A DNA stretch of 62,951 bases, filler included, from Chlamydiia bacterium (GTDB taxonomy: Bacteria; Chlamydiota; Chlamydiia; Chlamydiales; FEN-1388): assembly GCA_903848235.1 (NCBI GenBank). It is 5 parts of 5 records of this genome, joined end to end, with 100 filler letters (N's around TTAATTAATTAA, not from the genome) between each part and the next. Parts side by side here need not be neighbours in the genome. Positions count along the whole stretch, not along the records: positions 1 to 17,320 come from CAINFV010000094.1; 4 more parts are not named here. The stretch is one strand, 5' to 3'. A model generated the notes under the pieces. It had not been told where the DNA came from. It worked only from the letters and a program-made list of their open reading frames with translations, and ran no database searches. Below are positions 1 to 10,276 of this stretch, piece after piece. Position numbers and translations under genes: made by a program. The first letter of the stretch is position 1, and every line of letters begins with the position of its first letter.

Positions 1-159
1 AGAGAGGAGAGCCCTATGGCGGTTGCTTGGTGAGACTGAGCGATCAAATAATCGCTGTAGATATCAAGCAGATCATTGCTCATGTCGACCCCCTCAAAAT
101 GAAGAGGGCAGACTATGCTATTCTCAAACTCTTTTCAATTCCTGGCTGCGTAAGGTGAG
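1..159 (-). mobile_element. IS701-family-like insertion sequence, left end plus transposase N-terminus (runs off window)
   Basis: Minus-strand ATG at 83 after GAGGGG reads MSNDLLDIYSDYLIAQSHQATAIGLSSL, resembling the LLD-YSDYL...TATGLS start of IS701-type transposases. End sequence CTCACCTTACGCAG is next to TTAA (160-163). Not in the ORF track because it is too short. Confidence 0.65.
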
Positions 160-1796
160 TTAAGAGCCGATGGTGTGTGGTCGCCGCGATTGCTGTCGAT
201 GATGCGGTATGCGTCGTTAGCAACGGCCTCTATGGCAGGGCGATAGGTAGTGAGAAAATGGAGTGGGGCGGAGTACCCAGCGTCGGAACCGGTTCCTCTG
301 TTTTCGAGGGACGATGTCTGCTCTTGAAAGAGCTGCGAGAGGTGATAAAGGACGTCGTCGTCGGAGAAGGTTGACGTTGAGGATGCTGGGAGGTTTTGGG
401 GGAGGGTGATTGCTTGGAAGGAGAGAGGGTAGAGGTTGCGAAGCTCCATGAGGGCAATGGTGCTTGGATGTTCCGGTGTGGAGGAGATGTTCTGGAGGTT
501 TGTATAGGCCCATGTGAGGAAGGGATTGTCGGATCTTGAGAATTGGTTGTTTTCGAGCGCTTGGAGGGCAGCGCGAAACTCAGGAGCAATGTCATAGCCG
601 AGGGTCGGCGCTGAGAGGACGACAGTTCGTATGGTGCGCCGGTAAAGGCTGTCATTGGTCTGTATCTCATCTGTGAGGGCGCCAGGGGTATTCCCAAGGA
701 TAGAGCGCTCATCGCCGATATGAGGGATCAGCCGGTTGAGGGAGAAGATCTGCGCTATTTTGAGAGCTAGATATGGAAGGCCTATTTTTACCAACAGGCA
801 AAATGAATAGTGAAGAAGCGTTGAGAAAATTCCGTTGTCGACCCCTATTTTCTCAAGGCCGTTCCATATGGCGTCAATGCGTTCTGGTAGTGGACGTTGT
901 GACTCGTCTAGCTTCTGGCCAAGCTTTTCAAATGTTTGGGCAAGGGAGGTATTGGTATATTGTCCGATGGCGATGGAGTCGAGAATGTCGATGAGTGGGA
1001 TGTCTGACATGCAAAGGGCATTGTAGAGAGGCGAGGAGTAGATAGCTCTGAGGGTGAGGAGGACATTTCGATTTCTGTCTTCGAGCTCTTCTGTCTCCTC
1101 TGGGGGAGAGGTGAGAAGCTGTTCTAGAGTGGCGAGGGCGGCGGTGAGATGCTCTTTTTCGATGGCAAGAGAGCTTGGGTTTTCAAGAGGGGCGTTTTTC
1201 GCTTCTTGTTCGTTGAAGGCAACGATCAGGCGATGGCTAGCCGGGGTCAAGGTGATGCCAAGAGAGGCGCATATGCTCGCTATCGGACGAGCGACGGCTG
1301 CTGCTGTCTCTGCTCTTTGGAAGAGCATCTCTTGAGGAAATGATGGGTCGAGCGCTCCGAGGCGACAGAGGAGGCGATACTGTCTGTTGAGTTTTTCTTC
1401 TGTGATGGTATCGATGGAGATTGATGCTGCGGCATCGGCGAGGGATGAGAGGCCGTGAGCAGTCTTTCTGCTTTCCATGGCGCCGGCGCCGGCTGTGAAG
1501 TGCGCATGCTGCTCTTCTTGGCGAGCGGGGGCATAAAGGCTGTCGAATGTCATCGGCAGCTCATCGACGGTTGTCGCAATGGGAAGAACAGGAGCCAAGA
1601 CATTGGAAGAAGGAAGATCTCTGAATAAAAAATGTTCTGGCGGTGGTGGAGACTGGATCTGTTGCATCAGATTGGCTAATGTTCTATCTACTCTGAGGAG
1701 TTCGTCGGATATGCGTTGGAGGACGCCTCTAGGGGGTTGTTGTATTTCACGAGGGGTATATAAATCATCGAAATTTTTGCTAACGGCGTAGGACAT
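135..1796 (-). CDS. Hypothetical chlamydial protein, possible secreted effector; C-terminus probably cut by the IS
   Basis: 553-aa ORF with a low-complexity Pro/Ser/Gln N-terminus. The last codons run into the IS end at about 159. Confidence 0.7.
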   Translation of the reverse strand: MSYAVSKNFDDLYTPREIQQPPRGVLQRISDELLRVDRTLANLMQQIQSPPPPEHFLFRDLPSSNVLAPVLPIATTVDELPMTFDSLYAPARQEEQHAHFTAGAGAMESRKTAHGLSSLADAAASISIDTITEEKLNRQYRLLCRLGALDPSFPQEMLFQRAETAAAVARPIASICASLGITLTPASHRLIVAFNEQEAKNAPLENPSSLAIEKEHLTAALATLEQLLTSPPEETEELEDRNRNVLLTLRAIYSSPLYNALCMSDIPLIDILDSIAIGQYTNTSLAQTFEKLGQKLDESQRPLPERIDAIWNGLEKIGVDNGIFSTLLHYSFCLLVKIGLPYLALKIAQIFSLNRLIPHIGDERSILGNTPGALTDEIQTNDSLYRRTIRTVVLSAPTLGYDIAPEFRAALQALENNQFSRSDNPFLTWAYTNLQNISSTPEHPSTIALMELRNLYPLSFQAITLPQNLPASSTSTFSDDDVLYHLSQLFQEQTSSLENRGTGSDAGYSAPLHFLTTYRPAIEAVANDAYRIIDSNRGDHTPSALNSPYAARN

Positions 1797-1815
1797 TGAA
1801 TTGTCTCCGAGTCAA

Positions 1816-2763
1816 TTACGATTGAGAGGCTTTTTCCAGCCTGTCAAGGATGGCGAGCCAGTCTGCTGATGCTGGTACGTTGATGTCGACGTACACAGAT
1901 TTAAGCTGAAAACGGTCAAGATCGCGTAAAGCGCTGTAGAGCGCATTGCCGGCGCTTGCCGCATCTGTTGACGTGCTGAGGGTGATGATACGACGCGCCC
2001 CTGGGTAGGAGCGGTCTGAGAATCCGAGGACGCCATCGTACTGTGATGCGTCATCTTCCTTCCATGCCCCTGTGGAGAGTGTCAGCCGTGCCTGTGGGGC
2101 ATAGTGACGAAACAGCTGCCCAGGACAGAGTGGTTGGTCAGAGTGTGCTGTGTGGCGGGCAGGCTCATAGCCTAATACCGTGGCGATGGCGTCGATGCCT
2201 ATCGCTCCTAAGCGCCCTACGTGCCAGGCGTCATCTTGCCAGATGAGGATGGTAGACTCGATGCCATGGCGGCAGTATGTCTTTGTTTGGAGGATCGGCA
2301 GCCAGCTGCCAAAGTCCTTGATGATATGGGCTGGTGTTGTCGCTGATGGCGAGCCAGAACGATTTGCTGACGGTGCTACCAATGGCCCTGTAATCTTGAT
2401 GAGGCTGAGGGTTGTCGTGTGATCGGGAATGCGAAAAGCGGCTGTCGGCAGGCCGGCACGGGCAAGGGAGGGCACCTTATTTTCATTCACAGGAACCACC
2501 ACTGTCAGCCCTCCTGGCCAAAAAGCATCGATGAGCTCATGCAGCCCTGGCGGCTTGATGGTGCAACAGGAAAAGAGAAATTTCGGGTCGGAGAGGTGGA
2601 TGATCAGGGGGTTTTTTAGCGGGCGCCCTTTGAGGAAGAAGATCTGCCGCATTGCAGGCTCATCGTCGAGCCGCGCTGCCAGTCCCCACACGGTCTCTGT
2701 GGGGATGGCAACGGGTTGCGAGCATTTTAGAAGGGCTGCTGCCCTTTCAATGGAGACTTTCAT
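1816..2763 (-). CDS. sua5: L-threonylcarbamoyladenylate synthase (Sua5/TsaC with SUA5 C-terminal domain)
   Basis: PTETVWGL, KGRP..NPLI.H, APSANRSG and CPGQLFRHYAP motifs; 4-bp overlap with thrS. Confidence 0.95.
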   Translation of the reverse strand: MKVSIERAAALLKCSQPVAIPTETVWGLAARLDDEPAMRQIFFLKGRPLKNPLIIHLSDPKFLFSCCTIKPPGLHELIDAFWPGGLTVVVPVNENKVPSLARAGLPTAAFRIPDHTTTLSLIKITGPLVAPSANRSGSPSATTPAHIIKDFGSWLPILQTKTYCRHGIESTILIWQDDAWHVGRLGAIGIDAIATVLGYEPARHTAHSDQPLCPGQLFRHYAPQARLTLSTGAWKEDDASQYDGVLGFSDRSYPGARRIITLSTSTDAASAGNALYSALRDLDRFQLKSVYVDINVPASADWLAILDRLEKASQS

Positions 2764-4700
2764 ACAGAAGGCGGCGACAGTGGTGAGCAGAGGCTCTTCT
2801 GCTCGCGTTCTTCTATGATGAGGGCGAGGAAGGCATCGATGTCCATCTGCCCGTGGACGACATTGTCACGGGTGCGTATGGAGATGTTCTTATCCTCTAT
2901 CTCTTTATCGCCTACGGTGAGTATGTAGTTATACTGCTCAAGCTGTGCCTCACGGACCTTTTTCCCGACGGATTCTGATGTCTCATCGACTTTGGTCTCA
3001 AAGCCGGCGTCGAAAAACTTTTTCTTCACTGCATGGGCATAGTCAAGATGGCGATCTGCGACGGGAAGGATGGCAATCTGCACAGGGCTGAGCCAGAGAG
3101 GGAACTTCCCAGCGTAGAACTCCACGAGGTTTCCTAAGAACCGTTCTAGGGACCCAAGCAGTGCCCTATGGGCCATGATCGGGCGTTTTTTTGTGCCATC
3201 GGGCGCTGTATATTCGAGCTCAAAACGTTGGGGCAGCGACATGTCAAGCTGCACAGTGCCGCACTGCCATGTCCTTCCTAATGCGTCAAACACGTGGATG
3301 TCGATCTTAGGGCCATAAAATGCCCCGTCGCCTTCGGCAATAGAAAATGGCTTGCCGGTAGCTTCAAGAGCCTTGCGCAGAGCATGGGTTGTCAACTCCC
3401 AGTCTTCATCGGTGCCAATGGTATTTTCTTTTGGCCGTGTTGAGAGGACGAGCTTATAGGAGAGGCCAAAGGTATTATAGATCTCATTGAGAAGGGTGAG
3501 GCATCCTAAGATCTCACTTTGGATATCTTCAGGGCGCATGAAGATATGAGCGTCATCTTGGTGGAAGCAGCGAACGCGGAAGAGTCCTGACAGGGAGCCG
3601 CTTGGCTCATAGCGGTGTACCATGCCAATCTCTGCTACGCGCATAGGAAGCTCTCGGTAGCTGTGCCCCTTTGAACGATACCAGAGCATGCCGCCAGGGC
3701 AGTTCATGGGCTTGATGGCAAACTCACGATCTTCAATGACGGAGAGGAACATATTCGCCCGATAGTTTTGCCAGTGGCCGGAGACTTCCCAGAGGGATTT
3801 TACCATCATTGATGGGGTCTTGATCTCTACATACCCTGCTCGTCTGTGGCATTGCCTCCAGTAGTCGATGATCCTATTCCAGATGATCATTCCTTTTGGA
3901 TGGAAGAATGGAATGCCAGGGGCTTCTTCGTGCAGAGAGAAGAGATCGAGCTTAGGTCCTAAAACCTTGTGATCGCGTTTTTTCGCCTCTTCTACTTTAT
4001 GAAGGTATTCTTGCAGTAGTTTTCTATCTGGAAAGGAGATGCCGTAGATCCGTGTTAACATATCCTTGGTGGAATCTCCGCGCCAGTAGGCACCTGAAGT
4101 CTTGAGAATTTTTATGGCTTTTATCTTGCCGACGTTCGGGAGGTGCGGCCCTCGGCAAAAGTCAAAGAACTCCCCTTGCTCGTAGCCTGTCAGCTTGCTT
4201 CCTGCTGTGGAAATCTCTTTGATAAGCTCAAGCTTATAGGGGTTGTCTTTAAAGCGTGCTACCATCTCATCTGGATTGTCGAAGACATGGCGCACAGGCT
4301 TGAAGTTTGACTGAATAATCTTTTGCATTTCCTCTTCAATCCGCTGGAAGTCCTCGTCGGAGATGGTGAGGTTTGCAAAGTCGTAGTAAAACCCTTCGTC
4401 GATAGCAGGGCCGATTGTAGGCTTTGCCTCTGGGAATAGTCGGAGGACGGCTTGTGCTAGAACGTGAGCGGATGAGTGCCAAAACACATCTTTGCCGGTC
4501 GGGTGGTCAAAGGAGATAAATTCAACGCAATCTCCTTCGTTCAGAGGAGTCTGTAGGTCAGAAGGGTTTTCGTTGATAACGCAATAGAGAGCTTCTGCAG
4601 GAGCTGTTAATTTCAGCGTTGCAGCAAGATCGGTACCTGTGGCATTTGGAGGAAGAGTGATGGGTTGTTTTCGAGCGTTTTGGATAAGATGGATTTGCAT
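2760..4700 (-). CDS. thrS: Threonine--tRNA ligase
   Basis: FWHSSAHVLAQAV, CRGPH, RDHKVLG, KPMNCP and HQDDAHIF motifs; probable ATG at 4700. Confidence 0.98.
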   Translation of the reverse strand: MQIHLIQNARKQPITLPPNATGTDLAATLKLTAPAEALYCVINENPSDLQTPLNEGDCVEFISFDHPTGKDVFWHSSAHVLAQAVLRLFPEAKPTIGPAIDEGFYYDFANLTISDEDFQRIEEEMQKIIQSNFKPVRHVFDNPDEMVARFKDNPYKLELIKEISTAGSKLTGYEQGEFFDFCRGPHLPNVGKIKAIKILKTSGAYWRGDSTKDMLTRIYGISFPDRKLLQEYLHKVEEAKKRDHKVLGPKLDLFSLHEEAPGIPFFHPKGMIIWNRIIDYWRQCHRRAGYVEIKTPSMMVKSLWEVSGHWQNYRANMFLSVIEDREFAIKPMNCPGGMLWYRSKGHSYRELPMRVAEIGMVHRYEPSGSLSGLFRVRCFHQDDAHIFMRPEDIQSEILGCLTLLNEIYNTFGLSYKLVLSTRPKENTIGTDEDWELTTHALRKALEATGKPFSIAEGDGAFYGPKIDIHVFDALGRTWQCGTVQLDMSLPQRFELEYTAPDGTKKRPIMAHRALLGSLERFLGNLVEFYAGKFPLWLSPVQIAILPVADRHLDYAHAVKKKFFDAGFETKVDETSESVGKKVREAQLEQYNYILTVGDKEIEDKNISIRTRDNVVHGQMDIDAFLALIIEEREQKSLCSPLSPPSV

Positions 4701-4782
4701 ATGATCCCCCAAAATTAATGACACGGTGGTTGCGCGTTAATACGAATTACGTACAGTGTAGCTAATAAAGAAGAAAAATACT

Positions 4783-7725
4783 ATGGCAGATGAGTCTTTG
4801 GGTATAGAAACAGAACGATCGATGTCTTTCGGGGCGGCGTATGTCCGTTCTGTGGAAAGCTGTCCCCCTCTTCGTCTTGGAAAGGACGAGCTGTTGGAAA
4901 AGGTTCTCTTTGATGAGGATGCTGCTGAGGCTTTTGATATCGATGTGAGCAACATTCAAGCAAGCTGTTCTGTGCTTGATGTGAGGCGGGCGCGAGAGTT
5001 GGCGATGCTTCTTGTCAACGATGCCGGCGACCTTCTTGTGCCTCGAGTTCGTCTTGCAAAGGAAATATTGGAAAGCCATCTGTTTGCCATTGCCTATGGT
5101 GCAGAAGAGAGGAGGCGGCGTGACGAGAGGTTCCTCAAAGCGCTGACCTTTCTCTGCGAGAGCGTTGAAGCACAGAGGCTTATCAAGAAGATGAGCCGCC
5201 CTCTGACAAACCGTCTTGCTGAAAATGCCATTCGTGACACGCTTCTTCTTCCTGAAAACCAACTTGTCAATGATGCTTCTGTACGGCGCGCTGCCGTTGC
5301 GGCCCTGCTGACGACCCTCCGCCAGAGTCTAGGCTCCTGTTTTGCCACGGCTCCTGCCATCGTCGTCCATGACGAGCAGCCGTTGTTATTCTTACGCGAC
5401 TTAGACGAGCTGATGGGGACGGCGAAGCTCAAGCGCACTGTTGCTGGTAATGAGTACAGTGTTCCTATGAGTGCTAGCTGGGGGCAGGGAGATCTGAAAA
5501 AGCCTGTTCCCATCACCTCTCCTCTGACGGCGTCAGCTCCTGTATGGCGATCAGCACCCTTGCTCCGCGTCCTTCAGGCGCTTGGCATTGTGCCGACGGT
5601 GGCGACTCATGAGAAGGGATATCAGGAGGTCTATTCACTGCTTTCTACCCTGCTGGAAGGATGCTTGACAGAAGGCGGGTGGATGCTCACAAATGTCGAG
5701 GAGATTCTCAAGCTTCTTCTCTTACGGCATCTGCAGCTGTCTGAAAAAGAGCTTCGTGATTTTGAAAGCCGTCCGAAAGCCATGCTGCAGACCGCGCTTG
5801 TGGTGGCAGCACCTGAGGCGAAGGGAGGCCGTGCTGCTGTCGACAAGCTGTTTGCTCGGTTTTTCTCGATGTGGGAGGACGGCAAGCGGATGTTCAAGGC
5901 GGAAGCTGACTGCGCCTTGTTAAAAAGCTGGGAGTTTACCATTGCCTCCTTTGCAGAGGTGAAGTTTGACCTTGCCCGGTGGAACTTCTATTCCAGCCTT
6001 GGGGTAAACTGGGATGATGTCGGCGGGATAGGGAATGTGTTATATGAAATTGCTAAGAAACGCGTTGACGAGACGAATCTTGAACTCGAACAGAACAAAG
6101 AGAAATACGATGCCATCTCCTTAGAGATTGACTATCTCGGTCGTCGTCTGCAGCAGGCATCGTCGGAGGGTGAAGCTCAATGGATGAAGATGGAATATCA
6201 ATCTCGCCAGGTGGAGCAGTATCATCTCAAAGAGCTCTGCGACATGGCGGCGGAGAAGGCGAACAAGGTCTCTCATATCCATCAGTTTCTGATCGATCAG
6301 TATGACGCGTTGATGAAAGAGTATTTCCAGGAGATCTATGATGCTGACCTGCATGACATTCAGGCGGGCCCTTTTGACGATGCTCCTGCTGGCTTCCGTC
6401 TGCTGTACAAACACGGGCGGTCGAACCCATCACTATGGACAAAGATCACCTCTTTAGATGAGTATGTAGAGGCGCTTGTCTCCTTTTTTACTATCACCGA
6501 GCAGGAGCTGCTGCACGCTCCTGAGGTGAAGGGGATAGAGGCGGAGTTTAGCTCTATCATTACTCGTCTTGCAAACCACGTTCGGTCCGACGAGTTTCTG
6601 GAGTCTGCCCTGACGAGGACAGCGGTAGCTCATGGTGTCAGGCCCATTGCCCATCCTCTTCAAAATCTCGAACATATTGAGAAAAAGCCATGGGTATACA
6701 CCTCTGGCGGCAGCATGAACACCCTTGTGTCATCGTACTTTTGTCTTGAGGGGCAGCCGGAGATCGTTGAGCGGTGGGTGGAAAATGAGACAGAGCTGCT
6801 TGCCTTTCTCATAGATACTACACGGCAGGCGAACTCTCGTGCTGGACGTGTACGGCCAACGTCGCTCCTCATGCACTCGCCGACGCATGCCTTTTCACTC
6901 ATTCCCATGGCGCCTTTTTTTGAAGAGAGCTGGATAGGAGATACCTATAGCTATTCCTGGATTACTAATCATGTGCGTGATCCAGGGCAGCTGTTTTATT
7001 CTACCTGTGTCTATGATCAGGCGGCTGTCGTTGAGTTTTGTTCTTTGCTTGCACAGAGCCTGCCGGTGGGCATCAGAACACGGTTTATCAATGAAGCGCC
7101 GACGATCCCAGGATTTTTGCGCCCTTATGAGCTGGCAAAAGAGATCGAGCGTCTGTTTTCATTAGATATTGTGCTGCGGCATCATCAGTCGACCTTACAG
7201 AATCTCTCTCTTGCCAGTATGCTCTTTGAATCATCTCCGTATACGTCTCCTGAGTCATTACGAGATGTCGTTACTGATGTGCTCGCGACTATCCTTCCGA
7301 AGGAGAGCCGGAAGAATGGAGCAGAACAGCTCATCCGCGCTGCTACGGCGTCCGTTCATAAGCCCCTTCGCTCCAAGGATCTTTTGTGTCTTCTGAAGAC
7401 ACTTGTGATACAGCTGACAAAGAGATATCGCTTTGACAAAGATCTGCTTTCTTCTCTTGTGAAAACCATGCGTGCTAAAAAGCTTCTTCCTCCGCGGCCG
7501 TTGATTATTGCGGATTCGAATTGGGTAAAGGATCTGTTTGCCTTTATGATCAGCCCTGTCTCACAGGAAATTGAGCTGTGGAGCGTCAATGCCTATGGCA
7601 CTGAAGGGGGGCCCATTCAAAATTGGAAGATGTGGCTTGACGGCAGTCGAAAAGATGGCAAATGGGGTGTCCTGATTAATCCAAATGAATATCGAGCCTT
7701 TGTTGGGTCAATGCAAAGACGATGA
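4783..7725 (+). CDS. Conserved chlamydial hypothetical protein (CT590-like)
   Basis: 980 aa; LRQSLGSCFATAPAI, LLKSWEFT, PAGFRLLYKHGRSNP and PWVYTSGG match my recollection of the C. trachomatis CT590 family. Confidence 0.75.
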   Translation: MADESLGIETERSMSFGAAYVRSVESCPPLRLGKDELLEKVLFDEDAAEAFDIDVSNIQASCSVLDVRRARELAMLLVNDAGDLLVPRVRLAKEILESHLFAIAYGAEERRRRDERFLKALTFLCESVEAQRLIKKMSRPLTNRLAENAIRDTLLLPENQLVNDASVRRAAVAALLTTLRQSLGSCFATAPAIVVHDEQPLLFLRDLDELMGTAKLKRTVAGNEYSVPMSASWGQGDLKKPVPITSPLTASAPVWRSAPLLRVLQALGIVPTVATHEKGYQEVYSLLSTLLEGCLTEGGWMLTNVEEILKLLLLRHLQLSEKELRDFESRPKAMLQTALVVAAPEAKGGRAAVDKLFARFFSMWEDGKRMFKAEADCALLKSWEFTIASFAEVKFDLARWNFYSSLGVNWDDVGGIGNVLYEIAKKRVDETNLELEQNKEKYDAISLEIDYLGRRLQQASSEGEAQWMKMEYQSRQVEQYHLKELCDMAAEKANKVSHIHQFLIDQYDALMKEYFQEIYDADLHDIQAGPFDDAPAGFRLLYKHGRSNPSLWTKITSLDEYVEALVSFFTITEQELLHAPEVKGIEAEFSSIITRLANHVRSDEFLESALTRTAVAHGVRPIAHPLQNLEHIEKKPWVYTSGGSMNTLVSSYFCLEGQPEIVERWVENETELLAFLIDTTRQANSRAGRVRPTSLLMHSPTHAFSLIPMAPFFEESWIGDTYSYSWITNHVRDPGQLFYSTCVYDQAAVVEFCSLLAQSLPVGIRTRFINEAPTIPGFLRPYELAKEIERLFSLDIVLRHHQSTLQNLSLASMLFESSPYTSPESLRDVVTDVLATILPKESRKNGAEQLIRAATASVHKPLRSKDLLCLLKTLVIQLTKRYRFDKDLLSSLVKTMRAKKLLPPRPLIIADSNWVKDLFAFMISPVSQEIELWSVNAYGTEGGPIQNWKMWLDGSRKDGKWGVLINPNEYRAFVGSMQRR

Positions 7726-7793
7726 AACATCTGAGCTCACCCAACTTGCGCATGTTATTCTTGCACAGTCCCTTATCCTTGCATACAAGTCCA

Positions 7794-8156
7794 GTACAAT
7801 ACGAATGAGCAATTCTCGACCTTTTGTATGATGTTCCGCATCAAGCAATTGCAACCGCTGACATACATCTAATATCCCTGTACACTCGGTAGCAGATCTT
7901 TTAGCCATGCGATAAAATCGGATCTTCTCTTCCACAGCATATGCACCAGCACCTTCAGCGATGTTCAATGGAATTGAGAGGGAAGCTCTATGCAGTTGAT
8001 CGCTCACGTAAGCTCGGTCTCTAGGCAAGTGCTCAACAATCCTGTCAGCTCCACGAATTCTATGGCAATTTGATAAACGGCTAATTTTTCGTGATCTAGG
8101 ATCAGTGTCTTTTCTTCTGTAGTCGTTTCGATTGTCTGTCCTCTAGACTACGTCAT
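7794..8156 (-). pseudogene. Four-helix-bundle protein (23S rRNA IVP family), disrupted
   Basis: DQLHRASLSIPLNIAEGAG...YRMAKRSATEC motif. The N-terminal LDHEKLAVYQIAIEFV is in another frame (frameshift about 8050). In-frame TAG follows ATG 8156, and the C-terminus diverges after RELLIRIV. Confidence 0.8.
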
Positions 8157-8198
8157 GAATTGACCATGCATTATATTAAAAGCCTCAACCAGAAGAAA

Positions 8199-8359
8199 GA
8201 GGCTTTTGTAAAACCGGCGACCGCGCTCTGCTCGCGGCGGCTCGATTATAAAATCGATCTCTCCTTGCCTATAGCTGCCGCTATGGGCCTCGTCGCGATC
8301 GATTTTCTACTCTTCGCCGGCGCTTCGCATATCGCGATCGCGAGTTTTGCAAAAGCCTC
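8199..8359. repeat. Palindromic MITE-like element, family A (full copy, 161 bp)
   Basis: Terminal inverted repeats GAGGCTTTTGTAAAAC / GTTTTGCAAAAGCCTC; the 3' half is near-identical to 19362-19408. Confidence 0.85.
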
Positions 8360-8697
8360 GAAAGATTAATTTTTGGGCAGCGGTACGGGCACGCACACGG
8401 GCACGATTTGGACTTGTGTGTAAGGATAAGGATTAGGGACAGTAGCATCTCGATTTTGTACACAGTCGAGCTAAGGTCCAGTAACACTGTGATTTGATAT
8501 CTGTTTGTTTTTTGAATACGGAGATGTAGGGCTAATAACCGTCTACATATCAATTCTTCATTTGTCCTTTCTCACGAGGTTGAGCAGCAATCTTACAGAG
8601 TAATTGCATTTACAAAAATGGAAGTGGCGTTTTATACAGGATGTTGAACTTTTCAACATGAGACTTATACGCTGAAACCATCCAAAGGGAGAGGACA

Positions 8698-10095
8698 ATG
8701 AAATTTTTGAGGTATTTGCTGCCTGTTGCCGTAGCAACATGCTGCATCGGAGTATCTCTTAGGGCTCAAGGGGACTATGAGTCTGGATATTCCACCGAGT
8801 CTGAAGCTCAAGAGCGGGACATGGAAGCTCTCCAGGAATACATTCGGACAAAAAGAGCCATCACTGTCAAAGAGAAGGGTGGCAACCTCATGATCAGCGG
8901 TGACATCCGCGGTGAATGGTATCACATGCATGCCAAGACAAACCATGTAGAGCAACGTGGATGGAAAAGTCGGAAGAACTTCCCAAACTCCTTCTACAAT
9001 GAAAAGACACCCCGTGCTTCTCATAAAGAGTATAAGAAGATGATTTACAAGGAGCGCGTAGCATATCGAGAAGGACGCGATAAAATACTCCCTCCTTTTG
9101 CGACCAATGAATTTGATGCTGAAGCAAACCTCGTCTTTGATTATGTCGCTGATCGTGGCTGGGGCACCATTCGTCTTCAGCTCTCAAATCCAGCAGGGAT
9201 TACTCCTCCAGAACGCAAGCCTATCGTAACTGATAGTGGTAGAATGATGTATGGCAGTGGAAAGCTCAACGACTTAGCTCTTCGCAAGTGCTATGCCGGC
9301 TATAATTTCTGGGAACAAGGCACCTCTCGATTTGACATGGAAGTCGGTCGTCGACGTCTGTACGATGTTTTTGATTCAAAGATTGAGTTCTGGTCATACT
9401 TCGACAGTGTCTTAGCACGCTTTACAAGCAGCTATGAAGGCATTACTGATCTTTCGTTGAAAGCTGCTGCTTTTGTTGTCGACTATACCGTCAATCACTA
9501 TGGGTATGTCGGTGAGCTTGGCTTGCTCAACCTGTGTGACACAGGCCTTGATCTCAAATACTCGTTGATCGACTGGAATACTCACCATCGTCCAAATCGA
9601 TTTGGAAGACACCATGCTATGGGAACTCAGTTCTGCAATTCGCAAATTCAGACGAGCTATACGTTGAGCCCAGATCTTGTCAGCCTGAAGACAACGCTGT
9701 ACGCCGCTTATCTCTATAACCACGCTGCACGCGCAACCAGCTGGACCAAGCACATTAAGGCCGCCGACGCTTGCTATGTTGGAGCTCGTCTTGGTGAGGC
9801 TATTCGCAAGGGCGACTACTCAGTAGAGTTGTTCTACCAATGGGTTAAAGCGCAAGCAGTGCCAGAATGGGATGTCTCATCATCAGGGCGTGACAACCCA
9901 CGTGGAATCTCCTTCTACAACCGTCGCAGTGGTGGTAGGGCAAACTTCCGCGGATGGAGACTTGAAGGGTTCTATGCTATGACCGATAACTGGACCCTCA
10001 ACGCTCATTTTGACCGCCTTCGTGAGATGGACCATCGCATTGGCGGCCCACACCGCTCAACAGAGTTCTACTTCGGCGCTATCTTCACGTTCTAA
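8698..10095 (+). CDS. Chlamydial beta-barrel outer membrane protein / putative porin (CT623-like)
   Basis: Signal peptide; DMEALQEYIRTKRAITVKEKGGNLMISGDIR motif; aromatic amphipathic strands; C-terminal Phe (GAIFTF); RBS GAGAGG. Confidence 0.8.
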   Translation: MKFLRYLLPVAVATCCIGVSLRAQGDYESGYSTESEAQERDMEALQEYIRTKRAITVKEKGGNLMISGDIRGEWYHMHAKTNHVEQRGWKSRKNFPNSFYNEKTPRASHKEYKKMIYKERVAYREGRDKILPPFATNEFDAEANLVFDYVADRGWGTIRLQLSNPAGITPPERKPIVTDSGRMMYGSGKLNDLALRKCYAGYNFWEQGTSRFDMEVGRRRLYDVFDSKIEFWSYFDSVLARFTSSYEGITDLSLKAAAFVVDYTVNHYGYVGELGLLNLCDTGLDLKYSLIDWNTHHRPNRFGRHHAMGTQFCNSQIQTSYTLSPDLVSLKTTLYAAYLYNHAARATSWTKHIKAADACYVGARLGEAIRKGDYSVELFYQWVKAQAVPEWDVSSSGRDNPRGISFYNRRSGGRANFRGWRLEGFYAMTDNWTLNAHFDRLREMDHRIGGPHRSTEFYFGAIFTF

Positions 10096-10130
10096 GCGAA
10101 GAGATCGCATAAAGTAGCTGGTTTGTTAAC

Positions 10131-10174
10131 AAAACCCCCGAGAAGGGCATAACGCCTCTTCTCGGGGTTTTTTT
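10131..10174 (+). terminator. Rho-independent terminator after the OMP gene
   Basis: AAAACCCCCGAGAAG...CTTCTCGGGGTTTTTTT hairpin with U-tract. Confidence 0.85.
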
Positions 10175-10198
10175 GTCTATATTGGATAGATGACGCAA

Positions 10199-10276
10199 GA
10201 AAAAGTCTGCAGATTTGATCGGCAAAAATAGACCCGCTACTAGAAGTAGGGGGTGTTTTTACCGACTCGAAGACGC
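10199..10276. repeat. Palindromic MITE-like element, family B (internal fragment)
   Basis: Near-identical to about 26658-26735 (GACCCGCTACTAGAAGTAGGGG...TTTTTACCGACTCGAAGA). Confidence 0.8.

Noticed and set aside
7708..8156. Four-helix-bundle gene as the Avd of a diversity-generating retroelement
   Set aside because: No reverse transcriptase or template/variable repeat pair seen; motifs fit the IVP family and the gene is disrupted
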